Origin: Acidobacteria bacterium RIFCSPLOWO2_12_FULL_67_14b
Lineage (GTDB): Bacteria; Acidobacteriota; Vicinamibacteria; Vicinamibacterales; UBA2999
DNA length: 64,000 bases
Direction of reading: 5' to 3'
Assembly (NCBI GenBank): GCA_001768615.1
Contig: MELE01000065.1
Coordinates: 12,158-76,157 of the forward strand
Shown here one piece after another: positions 27,477 through 36,766 of the stretch; the stretch's first letter is position 1, and each line of letters opens with the position of its first letter. The translations under genes and the position numbers were made by a program. The notes under the pieces are model-generated. The model saw nothing but the letters and a program-made list of their open reading frames with translations, had not been told where the DNA came from and did not search any database.

Positions 27477-28304
27477 TCAGTGCGTCATGGTGTACAGCAG
27501 CACGTTGACCGCCACCTGATAGCCGTACACCGAGAACTTGTAGAAGTAGTTCGGGTCCTCCCCCTCGCGCTCCCATGAGTCGCTCACGTCGGTGTTGTGG
27601 GTCATGAGGACCATCACGCGTCCTTTCGAGTCGATGATCCCGCGCGTGTGCACCTCGGCGCTGTCGCGCCCGCGCTCGGAGGTGCCGCCGCCGCTGCCGT
27701 ACCAGAAGTTGATGCTCGGGATCTGCGGCACCCCCTTCAGCTCGAAATGCGTGCGGAAGATCGGGTGGTCGGACGGCAGATCGACGATCGGGTACTCGCT
27801 CGACGGAAACACCTTCCGGATCTGGCTGGCCCAGACCTCCCACGCGTAGGAGCCCCAGAAGTCGTCCACCCACAGGAAGCCGCCCTTGAGGAGGTAGGTG
27901 CGCAACCGGCTGGCGTCGTCGTCGCTCAGGAAGATCGTGCCGACCTCCTGCATCATGATGAACGGGCACTGGAAGAGCGTGTCGTCGCCGAGCCGGACGA
28001 TCAGGTGCTCGGGCCGCCCCGCGCGGTCGAAGCTGACCGGCGTCTTCGTCAGCTCCGCGAGGCGAATCATCAGGTCGATGTCGGCGTTCGGGTAGTCGGT
28101 CAGCCACCCGCCGCCGTCCCCGCGCGGGTTCATCCGGTACGCGGCTCGACAGTAGTGGAACCGGCCGTTGAAGCTGTCGGGACGCGCCAGGCGCTCGGAG
28201 ATGCGGAAGTCGCCGCCCCGGCGGCCGAAGCCGAACTGCGCGGAGGCGAGGCCGGCACCGAGGAGCGCGGCGACCGCAAGAAGCGTCGCCACCCGGGTCC
28301 GCAT
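27477..28304 (-). CDS. secreted DUF4159-like protein
   Basis: 275 aa with a signal peptide. The motifs WLTDYPNADIDL, FIMMQEVG and GGFLWVDDFWG are as I recall for DUF4159. Confidence 0.7.
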   Translation of the reverse strand: MRTRVATLLAVAALLGAGLASAQFGFGRRGGDFRISERLARPDSFNGRFHYCRAAYRMNPRGDGGGWLTDYPNADIDLMIRLAELTKTPVSFDRAGRPEHLIVRLGDDTLFQCPFIMMQEVGTIFLSDDDASRLRTYLLKGGFLWVDDFWGSYAWEVWASQIRKVFPSSEYPIVDLPSDHPIFRTHFELKGVPQIPSINFWYGSGGGTSERGRDSAEVHTRGIIDSKGRVMVLMTHNTDVSDSWEREGEDPNYFYKFSVYGYQVAVNVLLYTMTH

Positions 28305-28572
28305 GGGCAGCAGTATACGGCGCGGCCCGGCAAAGCCGAATTTCAGAATTTACGAACCCGGAGACGGGTGGCAGAATACCCGCCACACCCGTCAATTCGT
28401 AGATCCGTCGATTCGTCGCTCTCAGCGGGAGGATCGCCATGGACACCGAGCGGGTTGCGCGTGCGGCAGTGCACCTGGGTCGCGGACGTGGCTGGCGGCC
28501 TCGTTGTCTGGATGGGAATATCGGGGCCCGAGCGGGCGCGCCGCGCGGTGCCCCACGCGGCAGGAGTGTGAC

Positions 28573-29256
28573 GTGACACGGCACTTGCTTGCCGGCGTCT
28601 TGCTGGCCATCTCGGCCCCGGCGTTCGCCGGGGCGCAGGCTCCCGGGGGTGCAGCGCCCGCCGTGCCCCCGGCGCCGCGTCCGAAGATGGCGCCCGCCGG
28701 GATACCGGCGTACACGGTGAACCTGATGACCCGGGAAGGGGTCGCCCTGTTCGGCGGAGCGTGGCGGGCGATGGAGGCGAAGCTCGTTGAAGGGCCGCCG
28801 CGGCCGAATGCCGGTTCGTGGACCGTGTCCTACGACCTGGTGCCGAAGGGCGCGGCCGCCGACTTCGACGACTCGTCGTGGCCGGTCGTCGACGCGCCGG
28901 CGCTCGTGACCGACCGGCGCGGCGGGGGCGGCGTGTTCATGACGTGGTACCGGATCGCGCTGACGATTCCGCCGGCGCTTGGCGGGTTCGATCCGACCGG
29001 CGCCATCGCCGTCTTCCACATCGTCGTGGACGACTACGCGGAGGTGGCGGTGAACGGGGAGATTCCGCGGCAGGTGGGGCGGCCGAGCGGTCACATGGTC
29101 GTCGGCTTCAACCTGCCGAACCGCGTGGTGCTGAGCGAGGCGGTGCGGCCGGGCGATCGGTTCCAGGTGGCGGTGCTGGCCGTCAACGGGCCGATTGCGC
29201 TGGCGCCGCTCAACCCCGTGTTCATCCGCGAGGCGCGGGTCGAGTTCTTCAAGTAG
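28573..29256 (+). CDS. secreted hypothetical protein (possible galactose-binding-like jelly roll)
   Basis: A GTG start at 28573 follows a caggag RBS. The signal is VTRHLLAGVLLAISAPAFAGAQA. The fold assignment is only a guess, based on the DDSSWPVVDAP...WYR pattern. Confidence 0.55.
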   Translation: MTRHLLAGVLLAISAPAFAGAQAPGGAAPAVPPAPRPKMAPAGIPAYTVNLMTREGVALFGGAWRAMEAKLVEGPPRPNAGSWTVSYDLVPKGAAADFDDSSWPVVDAPALVTDRRGGGGVFMTWYRIALTIPPALGGFDPTGAIAVFHIVVDDYAEVAVNGEIPRQVGRPSGHMVVGFNLPNRVVLSEAVRPGDRFQVAVLAVNGPIALAPLNPVFIREARVEFFK

Positions 29257-29368
29257 CGGTCGCTACCCGAATGCGATTCGCCCAACGCCTGACCCGCCTG
29301 CGGGCTGTCGCTTGTGCTTCGCGACCTCACGCTTCGCAATTCAATTCTGCCCACGCGAAGCGAAGTCG

Positions 29369-29692
29369 TCAGCTAGCGGCGCGGAGCGACAACTCGAAGT
29401 GCAATCCCTCGGCTCTCTGGAGATGGTGGATGACCTCCAAGAGATTGCGGGCTTGAGGGTTGCCGCTTGGACTGAGCATGCGCATCAAGCTCTTGGCCGG
29501 CCGTTTTGTTCGGCGACTCAGCTCCTCGAACCCGATCGTCGCGTTGATGTAGTCGCGAAGTATCGCCTTTCCGGTGTCGAGATCCCCTTCGAGAAGACAC
29601 TCGACGCCTTCACGCAGAAGCTCCTTCCTGTACTTCCGATCCGAGCGGAGGCGCGCCTGCACCGTTTCCTTGAATTCTCGTGTCAGCGGCAT
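29369..29692 (-). CDS. higA: HigA-like antitoxin (addiction-module antidote protein)
   Basis: 107 aa. MPLTREFKETVQARLRSDRKYRKELLREGVECLLEGDLDTGKAILRDYINATIGF matches the antidote family that pairs with the HigB-like killer protein. It lies 1 nt downstream of the toxin gene. Confidence 0.75.
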   Translation of the reverse strand: MPLTREFKETVQARLRSDRKYRKELLREGVECLLEGDLDTGKAILRDYINATIGFEELSRRTKRPAKSLMRMLSPSGNPQARNLLEVIHHLQRAEGLHFELSLRAAS

Positions 29693-29693
29693 C

Positions 29694-30020
29694 TCACTTC
29701 TCCTGCGCCTTGCGCTTCTTGTAGTCGGCCCATCGCTCGTGCGCGTCAGCAATGTCCTTGTCCTGGCGCTTCTTCGTCCCGCCAGCCAGCAGAATCACGA
29801 CAGTGTCGCCATCCTTGCCGAAATAGACTCTGTATCCAGGCCCGAAATCGATTCGGTACTCGAACACGCCAGCGCCGACGCCTTTAACGTTTGAGAAATG
29901 TCCCAGCTCCAGCCGCCCAAGTGCTGTCGTAACTTTGGCGGCTGCGGTGGCGTCGAGACTCCGAAACCAGGCCGCAAACGGGCTCGAACCTGCGCGATCG
30001 AGATATTCGAGGACCGTCAA
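29694..30020 (-). CDS. higB: RelE/ParE-superfamily toxin (HigB-like addiction-module killer)
   Basis: 108 aa. F..W...LD......V...L.RLE.G.....K.VG.GV.E.RIDFGPGYRVYF...G..VVILL.GG.K..Q..DI is the typical family pattern. Confidence 0.8.
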   Translation of the reverse strand: MTVLEYLDRAGSSPFAAWFRSLDATAAAKVTTALGRLELGHFSNVKGVGAGVFEYRIDFGPGYRVYFGKDGDTVVILLAGGTKKRQDKDIADAHERWADYKKRKAQEK

Positions 30021-30027
30021 GATTTAT

Positions 30028-30049
30028 ATGGTAACAGAAGAGTTACCAT
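30028..30049. promoter_or_regulatory. putative TA operator palindrome ATGGTAAC-N6-GTTACCAT
   Basis: A perfect 8-bp-arm inverted repeat lies 8 nt upstream of the toxin start codon. Type II TA loci are usually autoregulated at such sites. Confidence 0.5.
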
Positions 30050-30153
30050 TGTGAGCGCGGCTCATGCGGCCCGCTGGCGGCGGTGCCGATGGCAAGTCGC
30101 GGGCCGCCTGCCCGGGCTGGGCGTTTCGCTCAAGGATTCAGCGCGAACCGTGG

Positions 30154-30441
30154 CTAGTCCGCCCGGTGGGGGGAAAAGCGGGCTGTGCGCCCGCCTCGTG
30201 GCTCCTCCTCGAGGCCGAGCAAGCGTTGGTCGAAGAAGCGCTTGCGCCACTTACTGATGATTTGGCGCGGGGTATCCAAGCGAGCCGCAATGACATCGTT
30301 GGACAACCCCTCGGCGGCGAGCAGGACCAGCTTGGCGCGGATGACATCACGATACGGTGACGTATATTTTCGGGCCCTGGCTTCCAACGCGCGGCGTTCC
30401 TCGCGGGTGAGGGCGATGCGAAATTGGCTGTGGCGAGGCAC
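30154..30441 (-). mobile_element. IS630-family transposase N-terminal (HTH) remnant
   Basis: The 95 aa ...LTREERRALEARARKYTSPYRDVIRAKLVLLAAEGLSNDVIAARLDTPRQIISKWRKRFFDQRLLGLEEEPRGGR match the IS630 ORF1 HTH pattern. The DDE catalytic domain is absent. Confidence 0.6.
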
Positions 30442-30745
30442 TCGATCGGCACCTCCTCGCGGGGAGGATAGCCCCTTCGGCCGGCCTATGGCAAGTCATA
30501 ATACGTCACCGTATTTATGAAATGAGGTACTTAGCGGAAATCGAGTCACGAGCGTCGATCCCCGTAAACCACTGTACTTCTCGCGAAATCGATCGACCCA
30601 CGTCACGGTTACGTCACGATTTTCGGACCGTTGAAGGAGCACGCCTTTTCAACGTGGGCACAGTGGCTGCGCCTCTGGTCGACCCTTCGTGCTATGCCCG
30701 ATCTGGGCACAGTCATGCCCAACATGGACATGACTCCTCAAATGC

Positions 30746-30770
30746 GACGTGTCGATCCCATCGACACGTC
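30746..30770. repeat. perfect palindrome GACGTGTCGAT-ccc-ATCGACACGTC
   Basis: 11-bp arms, read directly, in an apparently non-coding stretch (30450-31110). Confidence 0.7.
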
Positions 30771-30841
30771 TCTCGAACATGTCGAAAAAATCGCAAATCA
30801 TCGACATATTGCGAACGGCCGCCAAGCGGCGCCTGCTGTTA

Positions 30842-30863
30842 GGCGCGGTTATATAACCGCGCC
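30842..30863. repeat. 22-bp perfect palindrome GGCGCGGTTATATAACCGCGCC plus adjacent third half-site GCGGTTATC
   Basis: Read directly. The AT-rich core TTATATAA is flanked by GC clamps. Confidence 0.75.
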
Positions 30864-30921
30864 GCGGTTATCTTCGCGCCGTGATCGCCAAGAAGCCCAC
30901 GCCGCCCCGGTGTCCGGCGTT

Positions 30922-30976
30922 GTTCACGCAAACCTTGATGTTCACGATGTTTGTGAACATCGGACAATTCGTGAAC
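30922..30976. promoter_or_regulatory. nested operator GTTCAC-N12-GTTCAC-N7-GTGAAC-N12-GTGAAC
   Basis: Four hexamer half-sites at 30922, 30940, 30953 and 30971 are symmetric about position 30949, upstream of the 31113 gene. The inner 21-mer is repeated at 32088-32107 with a 1-nt indel. Confidence 0.6.
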
Positions 30977-31112
30977 GTGGCGATACGGTTTTCGGCGACG
31001 AGGACGGTTAGCGAACGCACTGGCGGCCCTCTGTGCCGCCGCGAACTGTGCGCAGGGGCCAGCCGTGGGCCAGCTTTCGGCCCGGCCCTTGATCTTGCTG
31101 TAGGCTCTCAGC

Positions 31113-31880
31113 GTGCTCCACGCACTCCTTCAGGGCAAGCTCGATCCAACGGTTGCCGAGCCACAACGGCGAGAAGACGCTCTCACTTCAACGGTCCTTG
31201 GCACGCTCGTTTTGGTCGAGGCATGGGAACTCCTCGGTGAGTGGCTCCAGTTGCCTGCATCGGGCGGTGCACCCGATGCCGAGAACGAGTGCTGGTTTTG
31301 GCCCCATCTCCCTGGTGGCGTTGAGCCGGACGTCGTGCTCAGACTTGGCGGAACAGTCGTGGTCGTTGAAGCGAAGTATCGTTCGGGACGTAATGATCTC
31401 GCGCTTGATGAGGAGTACGAAGACAAGCCGGTTGACCAGATCCTGCGCCAATACACCGGCGTTTCAGACCTGCGGGATCAGCGAAGCGCGCATCCCGACA
31501 CACTCGAGCGAGCGGTTCAAAAATGTCAACTCCGACAGGTATTCCTGGTCGACGCCCGCAAGATTCGTACTGCGCGCCACGAATATCATGAGTCTCGGGA
31601 GCGACTTCCCGCCGCCGCAAGAGAGTCGTTCGTCTTGGTAACGTGGCAAGAGTTGTACGGGCGCCTGTTGACACCCGAACTGTCTCGGCGGCGATGGGCG
31701 GCCGATCTGCTGACTTACCTCGGCGAGTGTGGTCTGGCGAGCTTCCAAGGCATCAAACGCGATGCGGCAGAAGAGGACCAGCTCACGCGTCTCTCGGAAT
31801 GGCGCCCAGTGCCCACTGGGCTTACGGTCCCATCGTTCGACACCGCTGCTGCCCGCTTGGGCGCAAGCTCGCAGGCCTAG
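31113..31880 (+). CDS. PD-(D/E)xK-superfamily nuclease-like protein
   Basis: 255 aa with a GTG start. The motif ...GGVEPDVVLRLGGTVVVVEAKYRSG fits the D...(D/E)xK restriction-endonuclease-fold core. I recognise no named family. Confidence 0.55.
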   Translation: MLHALLQGKLDPTVAEPQRREDALTSTVLGTLVLVEAWELLGEWLQLPASGGAPDAENECWFWPHLPGGVEPDVVLRLGGTVVVVEAKYRSGRNDLALDEEYEDKPVDQILRQYTGVSDLRDQRSAHPDTLERAVQKCQLRQVFLVDARKIRTARHEYHESRERLPAAARESFVLVTWQELYGRLLTPELSRRRWAADLLTYLGECGLASFQGIKRDAAEEDQLTRLSEWRPVPTGLTVPSFDTAAARLGASSQA

Positions 31881-32071
31881 AGAGAGATCTCGCGCTGACC
31901 TATGGCTGTCGGAACCGAGGGGCTCATCACCCTTCCGGAGGTGGGGTCATCAACCGCCGGTTCGAGGAGGTCCGACAGTCGCTGATGAACACGCTCTTCC
32001 TCGCCGTGGAGTTCATGCCCGTCTAGGTGCACGGGGGCCGTTTTCTTCGGGTACCCAGACCGCTTCTAAAT

Positions 32072-32107
32072 GTTCACAAAATGTGCTATGTTCACGATGT
32101 TGTGAAC
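32072..32107. promoter_or_regulatory. operator GTTCAC-N12-GTTCAC-N6-GTGAAC upstream of the AbiEi-like gene
   Basis: Half-sites lie at 32072, 32090 and 32102, ending 13 nt before the ATG at 32120. The half-site sequence and N12 spacing are the same as at 30922-30976. Confidence 0.6.
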
Positions 32108-32119
32108 GTAAGCCATGGT

Positions 32120-33244
32120 ATGAGCATTCCCCGTTCGGAAGGCGCCTCCCTGGAGCGCGCCCTTTCGGACGCTCTGGCGCTACTCCTCCAGGAGGCATCC
32201 TGGCTCCAAAAGTGGCGCGTCGAGAGGGAGGTCAAGGCTCCTCAGGCCTCCTGGGACTTGGTGGCGTCGGGTCCTCTACCGGCGGGAGGCAAGGGCGTCC
32301 TTTGCGTCGAATGTAAGGGCGCGAACTTTCAGCCCAACCAGTTTTCGAACCTCGCGGAGCGGCCCTGCTCAGCCGGCAAGAGCGCCGTCTCTGTGCGGGT
32401 GCTCGCGATGCCACGGGTGTCGCCCCGTATGGCGTCCCTGTGTCAGCAGCACCGCTGGAGCTGGTACGACCTCGCCGGCAACTGTCGGTTGGAGATCCCC
32501 GGCGTCCTGCTTATCGAGCGGTCCGGCCGCCCGCCAGTCAAGCTGGAATCGCGCAGCGGCGCGAACCTCGGAACTCCTGAAGCCGCACGCGTAGTTCGGG
32601 CGCTGCTGGCGCCTGAGAACGCCGGCAGGCGTTGGACGCAGCGCGAGATGGTCGGCCACTTCGGGGATCTCGCGCCGGCTGTTCCCGCGCCGAGTCTGGC
32701 GCTCGTGAACAAGGTCGTTCAGCACCTGCGCGATCAGGCGTTCATCGAGTCGTTGCCCGACCGCGGATTTCGCGTGAGCGACTTCGAGGGCTTGCTGCAG
32801 GCGTGGCGCCAAGCCTACCGGTTCGACCGTCACGTCCGCCGGTCCTACTTCACGCTCCTGGCCGCAAAGGCGCTTCAGGAGAAGTTGCGCTCCCTGGATT
32901 CGCCAGGAAGTGGCCGGCTCGCGTACGCGGCGTACTCCGCAGCCGACGTGCAGGCACCGACGGTTCGTCAGCCGCGTACGTGGCTGTACGTCAGCCTTGA
33001 CTTCGAGCAGGAGTTCGCCTCCGCGGTCGATGCCAAGGTCGTCGACTCCGGCGAGAACCTAGTCGTATTGATCCCAGACGATCACGGCGTGTTCTATCGG
33101 TTGGATGTGAGCGCCAACCGTGCACCGTGCACGAACGCGGTGCAGACGTACGTCGATCTCCTCAAGGCCGGCGGGCGAGGCGAAGAGGCTGCCGAGGCGA
33201 TCCTCAGTCAACGACTGAAACCGGCCTGGACCGGCGCGCGATGA
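32120..33244 (+). CDS. AbiEi-like antitoxin/transcriptional regulator (wHTH) with N-terminal PD-(D/E)xK-like motif
   Basis: 374 aa from MSIPRS. The central wHTH-like segment reads RWTQREMVGHFG...SLALVNKVVQHLRDQAFIE, and the N-terminus has D...VECKG. Position, a 4-nt ATGA overlap with the AbiEii-like gene and the palindromic promoter fit the AbiEi role. The family assignment was not verified. Confidence 0.5.
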   Translation: MSIPRSEGASLERALSDALALLLQEASWLQKWRVEREVKAPQASWDLVASGPLPAGGKGVLCVECKGANFQPNQFSNLAERPCSAGKSAVSVRVLAMPRVSPRMASLCQQHRWSWYDLAGNCRLEIPGVLLIERSGRPPVKLESRSGANLGTPEAARVVRALLAPENAGRRWTQREMVGHFGDLAPAVPAPSLALVNKVVQHLRDQAFIESLPDRGFRVSDFEGLLQAWRQAYRFDRHVRRSYFTLLAAKALQEKLRSLDSPGSGRLAYAAYSAADVQAPTVRQPRTWLYVSLDFEQEFASAVDAKVVDSGENLVVLIPDDHGVFYRLDVSANRAPCTNAVQTYVDLLKAGGRGEEAAEAILSQRLKPAWTGAR

Positions 33245-34074
33245 GCCCCGAACCGCGATTCGAGGGCGAGTACACGCCGCGACAGGTCGAGGCCGCCCGT
33301 CGTGTGCTCGTCGATGTCGGGCAAGTTCTCGCCTCCTTTGGCGACGCCATCGTGGTCGTGGGCGGCTGGGTGCCAGACCTCCTCTTGCCGGACCAGGCAT
33401 CTGCACACATCGGCAGCATCGACGTGGACCTGGCCCTCGATGCGGCGAAGCTGGCGGATGGCCGATACGCGGAACTGCTCAAGCTGCTACTGGACACTGG
33501 CCGATATGAGAAGGGCGACAAGGATTTTCAATTGGTGAGCAGCGTCGATTTCGCAGACGGCGATGCGCCCGTCAGGGTGGAGGTGGAGTTCCTCGCGTCG
33601 GATGATGTGGTCCTCAAGAAGAACCATCCGAAACTGGTGGGAGGCTTCCGCGTGCTGCGGTTTCCTGCGTTCGCAGCCGCATTCACAAATCCGGTAAGCG
33701 TCGACGTCTCCGGACCCATGATTTCCGGCGCGGCGAACACCGTCCACCTTCGCGTGGCGTCGCTGGCGGATTTCCTCGTCATGAAGGCCCACGCAATCGG
33801 TGGCCGGGACAAGCCCAAGGACGTCTACGACCTCTGCTATTGTCTTGATGAGTTTCCGAACGCAATCGAGGTGGTGGCGGCGGATTGGAAGGCAAGACAG
33901 GTCGACAGCCTGGTTGCCGGCGCCGTCGCGATCCTCAGGGAGAAGTTCCAGGCAGTGGATCACTTCGGGCCGCAGCAATTGGCCACGTTCCATTCCGGCA
34001 GTAGCCCCGACGAAAGCGAGATGCACGCCCGGCGCGCGTACGAACTTGTGCAGAAGCTGTTGAGCCTCCTCTAG
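33241..34074 (+). CDS. AbiEii/AbiGii-family nucleotidyltransferase toxin
   Basis: 277 aa with the NTase motif VVGGWV...HIGSIDVDLAL and the RDKPKDVYDL motif characteristic of DUF1814/AbiEii. Confidence 0.75.
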   Translation: MSPEPRFEGEYTPRQVEAARRVLVDVGQVLASFGDAIVVVGGWVPDLLLPDQASAHIGSIDVDLALDAAKLADGRYAELLKLLLDTGRYEKGDKDFQLVSSVDFADGDAPVRVEVEFLASDDVVLKKNHPKLVGGFRVLRFPAFAAAFTNPVSVDVSGPMISGAANTVHLRVASLADFLVMKAHAIGGRDKPKDVYDLCYCLDEFPNAIEVVAADWKARQVDSLVAGAVAILREKFQAVDHFGPQQLATFHSGSSPDESEMHARRAYELVQKLLSLL

Positions 34075-34078
34075 CCGA

Positions 34079-36090
34079 ATGACGCCGCACCCCTACACGG
34101 AGGACCAACTCGTCGAACAGCCTGCGTTGACGCTCCTTTCCGAACTGGGTTGGACAACGGTCAACGCGCGCGACGAGCTCCTCGGGGCGGATGGAACTCT
34201 CGGGCGCGAAACGACGAGCGAGGTCGTGCTGGTGCCGCGCCTCAGGGCGGCCCTGGACCGGCTCAATCCGGGCGTGCCACCCGAAGGTATTGCCGCGGCA
34301 GTCGATCAGCTGACATCCGAGCGGTCGGCGATGAGCCAGGTCGCCGCCAACCGCGACGTCTACCTGCTCCTGAAGGAAGGCGTTCGCGTCTCGATTCCCG
34401 ACCGTGAACACGGCGGACAGCGCGAGGCCAGAGTCCGCATCATCGACTGGCTGAATCCCGCCAACAACGACTTCCTATTCGCGAGCCAATTCAGCATCAC
34501 CGGCGCGCTCTATACCTGCCGTCCCGATCTCGTCGGCTTCGTCAACGGGCTGCCGCTGGTCGTCATCGAGCTGAAGAAGCCAGGCGTTCCGGCGAAGCAG
34601 GCATTCGACGACAACATCACCAGCTACAAACACGAACAGAACGGCGTGCCGCCGCTCTTCTGGTACAACGCGCTCCTCATCGCGTCGAACGGTACTGAAA
34701 GCCGTGTGGGCTCGCTCACGGCCGACTGGGAGCGCTTCTTCGAGTGGAAACGGATCGAGCGCGAAGACGAGCCTCGGCGAGTGTCCCTCGAAGTGATGCT
34801 GCGCGGCGTGACCGACCCGGGCCGCCTCCTCGACCTCGTGGAGAACTTCACAATCTTCTCCGAGCACAAGACCGGCTACGTGAAGATCCTCGCGCAGAAC
34901 CATCAATTCCTGGGCGTCAACAACGCCATCGTCTCGATGCTCCAGGCGCGCAGCGCCGGCCACGGCCGCGCAGGTGTGTTCTGGCAGACGCAGGGTTCGG
35001 GCAAGAGCCTGTCGATGGTGTTCTTCGCGCAGAAAGTGTTGCGCCGCGTTACGGGCAACTGGACGTTCGTCGTCGTCACCGACCGCGCCGAACTGGACGA
35101 CCAGATCGCCCGCACGTTCAAGGAGACCGGGGCTGTTTCAGAGGCCGACAGCAAGATGTCGCACGCCGGCAGCGGTGCACACCTGCGGCAGCTGCTGACC
35201 GAGAATCACCGCTACGTCTTCACCCTGATCCAGAAGTTCCAGGCGGCCGACCAGCTCTCCGACCGTCGAGACATCGTCGTGCTCACCGACGAAGCGCATC
35301 GCAGCCAGTACGACACGCTGGCGCTCAACATGCGGTCGGCATTGCCGAACGCGCTGTTTATCGCGTTCACTGGTACGCCGCTCATTGCCGGTGAAGAACG
35401 GACGCGGGAAGTCTTCGGCGACTACGTCTCGATCTACGACTTCCAGCAGTCGGTTGAGGACGGCGCAACGGTCCGCCTGTTCTACGAGAACCGGACGCCG
35501 GAGCTGCGACTCAAGAACCCGAACTTCAACGACGACATGTACGCCGTTATCGAAGCTGCGGATCTCGACGAGGCGCAGGAGCAACGGCTTGAGCGCGAAC
35601 TGGGCCGGCAGTACCACCTCATCACGCGTGACGACCGGCTGGACGCCATCGCGAAGGACGCCGTCCAGCATTTCCTCGGCCGCGGCTTCCAAGGGAAGGC
35701 GATGGTCGTCTCCATCGACAAGGCCACCGCGCTCCGAATGCACGACAAGGTGTGCACGCATTGGCAGGCCGAACGCGCGCAGGTCGAACAGGCATTGGAG
35801 AAGGCGCGCCTCTACACGTCCAAGCTCGAGCCCGCCACCGTGGCAGAGCTGGAAGAGCGGCTGCGGGTCCTGTCGACGACGGACATGGCACTCATCGTGT
35901 CGCCGGCGCAGAACGAGATCGAGCAGATGCGTGCGCTCGGCCTCGACATCGCGCCGCACCGCAAGCGGATGAACGACGAGGCGCTCGACGACCGGTTCAA
36001 GGATCCGGACGACCCGCTCCGACTGGTGTTCGTCTGCGCGATGTGGCTCACGGGCTTCGACGCGCCGAGCTGTTCGACTATCTACCTCGA
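34079..36090 (+). pseudogene. hsdR: type I restriction enzyme R subunit (HsdR), 3'-truncated and orphan
   Basis: An N-terminal nuclease region (RPDLVGFVNGLPLVVIELKKPG) and helicase motifs QTQGSGKS, VLTDEAHRSQ, AFTGTP and WLTGFDAP are present. Homology stops after STIYLD (about 36090), where KPM..H.LMQ...R.NR should follow. The ORF reads through unrelated sequence to 36391. No hsdM or hsdS is in the window. Confidence 0.8.
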
Positions 36091-36260
36091 CAACGGCAAA
36101 GAGAATGACGACGCGAACGGTGACGAGCTCTCAACACCCAACAACGGCCGGGAGATCCCGCTGCTCCTGGCGCTGCCCGAGTGGCTCACGTCACAGTCAC
36201 GTCACAGTTTGCGTTTGAGCGGATCCCCGCCCTCCGGTAAACTGTTGATTCCACTTGAAC

Positions 36261-36299
36261 GGAGAGATGTCCGAGTGGTTGAAGGAGCACGCTTGGAAA
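36261..36299 (+). pseudogene. orphan 5' half of tRNA-Ser(GGA): acceptor 5' strand, D-arm, anticodon stem 5' strand and loop
   Basis: GGAGAGATGTCCGAGTGGTTGAAGGAGCACGCTTGGAAA matches class-II tRNA-Ser up to the anticodon loop (TTGGAAA). The following TCGCT cannot pair with CACGC, and no variable arm, T-arm or 3' acceptor follows. Confidence 0.6.
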
Positions 36300-36766
36300 T
36301 CGCTTCAGGGCCGTGCCGCCTTCTACCGGTGAATCCTGTCAACGCCTATCACTGCTATGGGTTGAGCAACTTTTCGCACAACCCGCAGTGACCGACGGCA
36401 ACCCACGGAACGCAGCAGTCCAACCGAGTTACTTCACAATTCATTTCACAGTGGCCGGACGCGGGTCCGATACAGAAAGGCGCGGCGGGGGCGCTCGGCC
36501 CGCCTGCTTGGCTGAAGGATGGCTGACGAAATATATCGACCTTCGCCGTCTCTCGGCTGTTCACGAGGCCGAGTCTCTGGTAGCCTAAAGATAGAAGCGC
36601 CGCGCGGTGTTCTGTTAGGGCTCGCTCCCTCGAAGGGGCGGGCCTTTCGTGTTTTCTGGGAACCCAAAAATACATGTAGGAAATGTTTTAGGCGACTAAA
36701 GAAGCGAGCCGAGTTGATGACTAGAGCAAGTCCTTATCAATATGTAAACATTGGAAGGAGTCCGAG

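Noticed and set aside
30351-30524. 14-bp inverted repeat atacggtgacgtat (30352-30365) / atacgtcaccgtat (30501-30514) around the IS630 remnant start, as possible IS ends.
   Set aside because: One copy lies inside the transposase coding sequence. No matching element is at the other end of the remnant, and I cannot link it to IS630 terminal repeats. It may be chance or a translational or regulatory hairpin.
36091-36391. C-terminal 100 aa of the 770-aa 'HsdR' ORF.
   Set aside because: It has no HsdR similarity after STIYLD and reads straight through the tRNA-Ser fragment. I treat it as read-through of a truncated gene.
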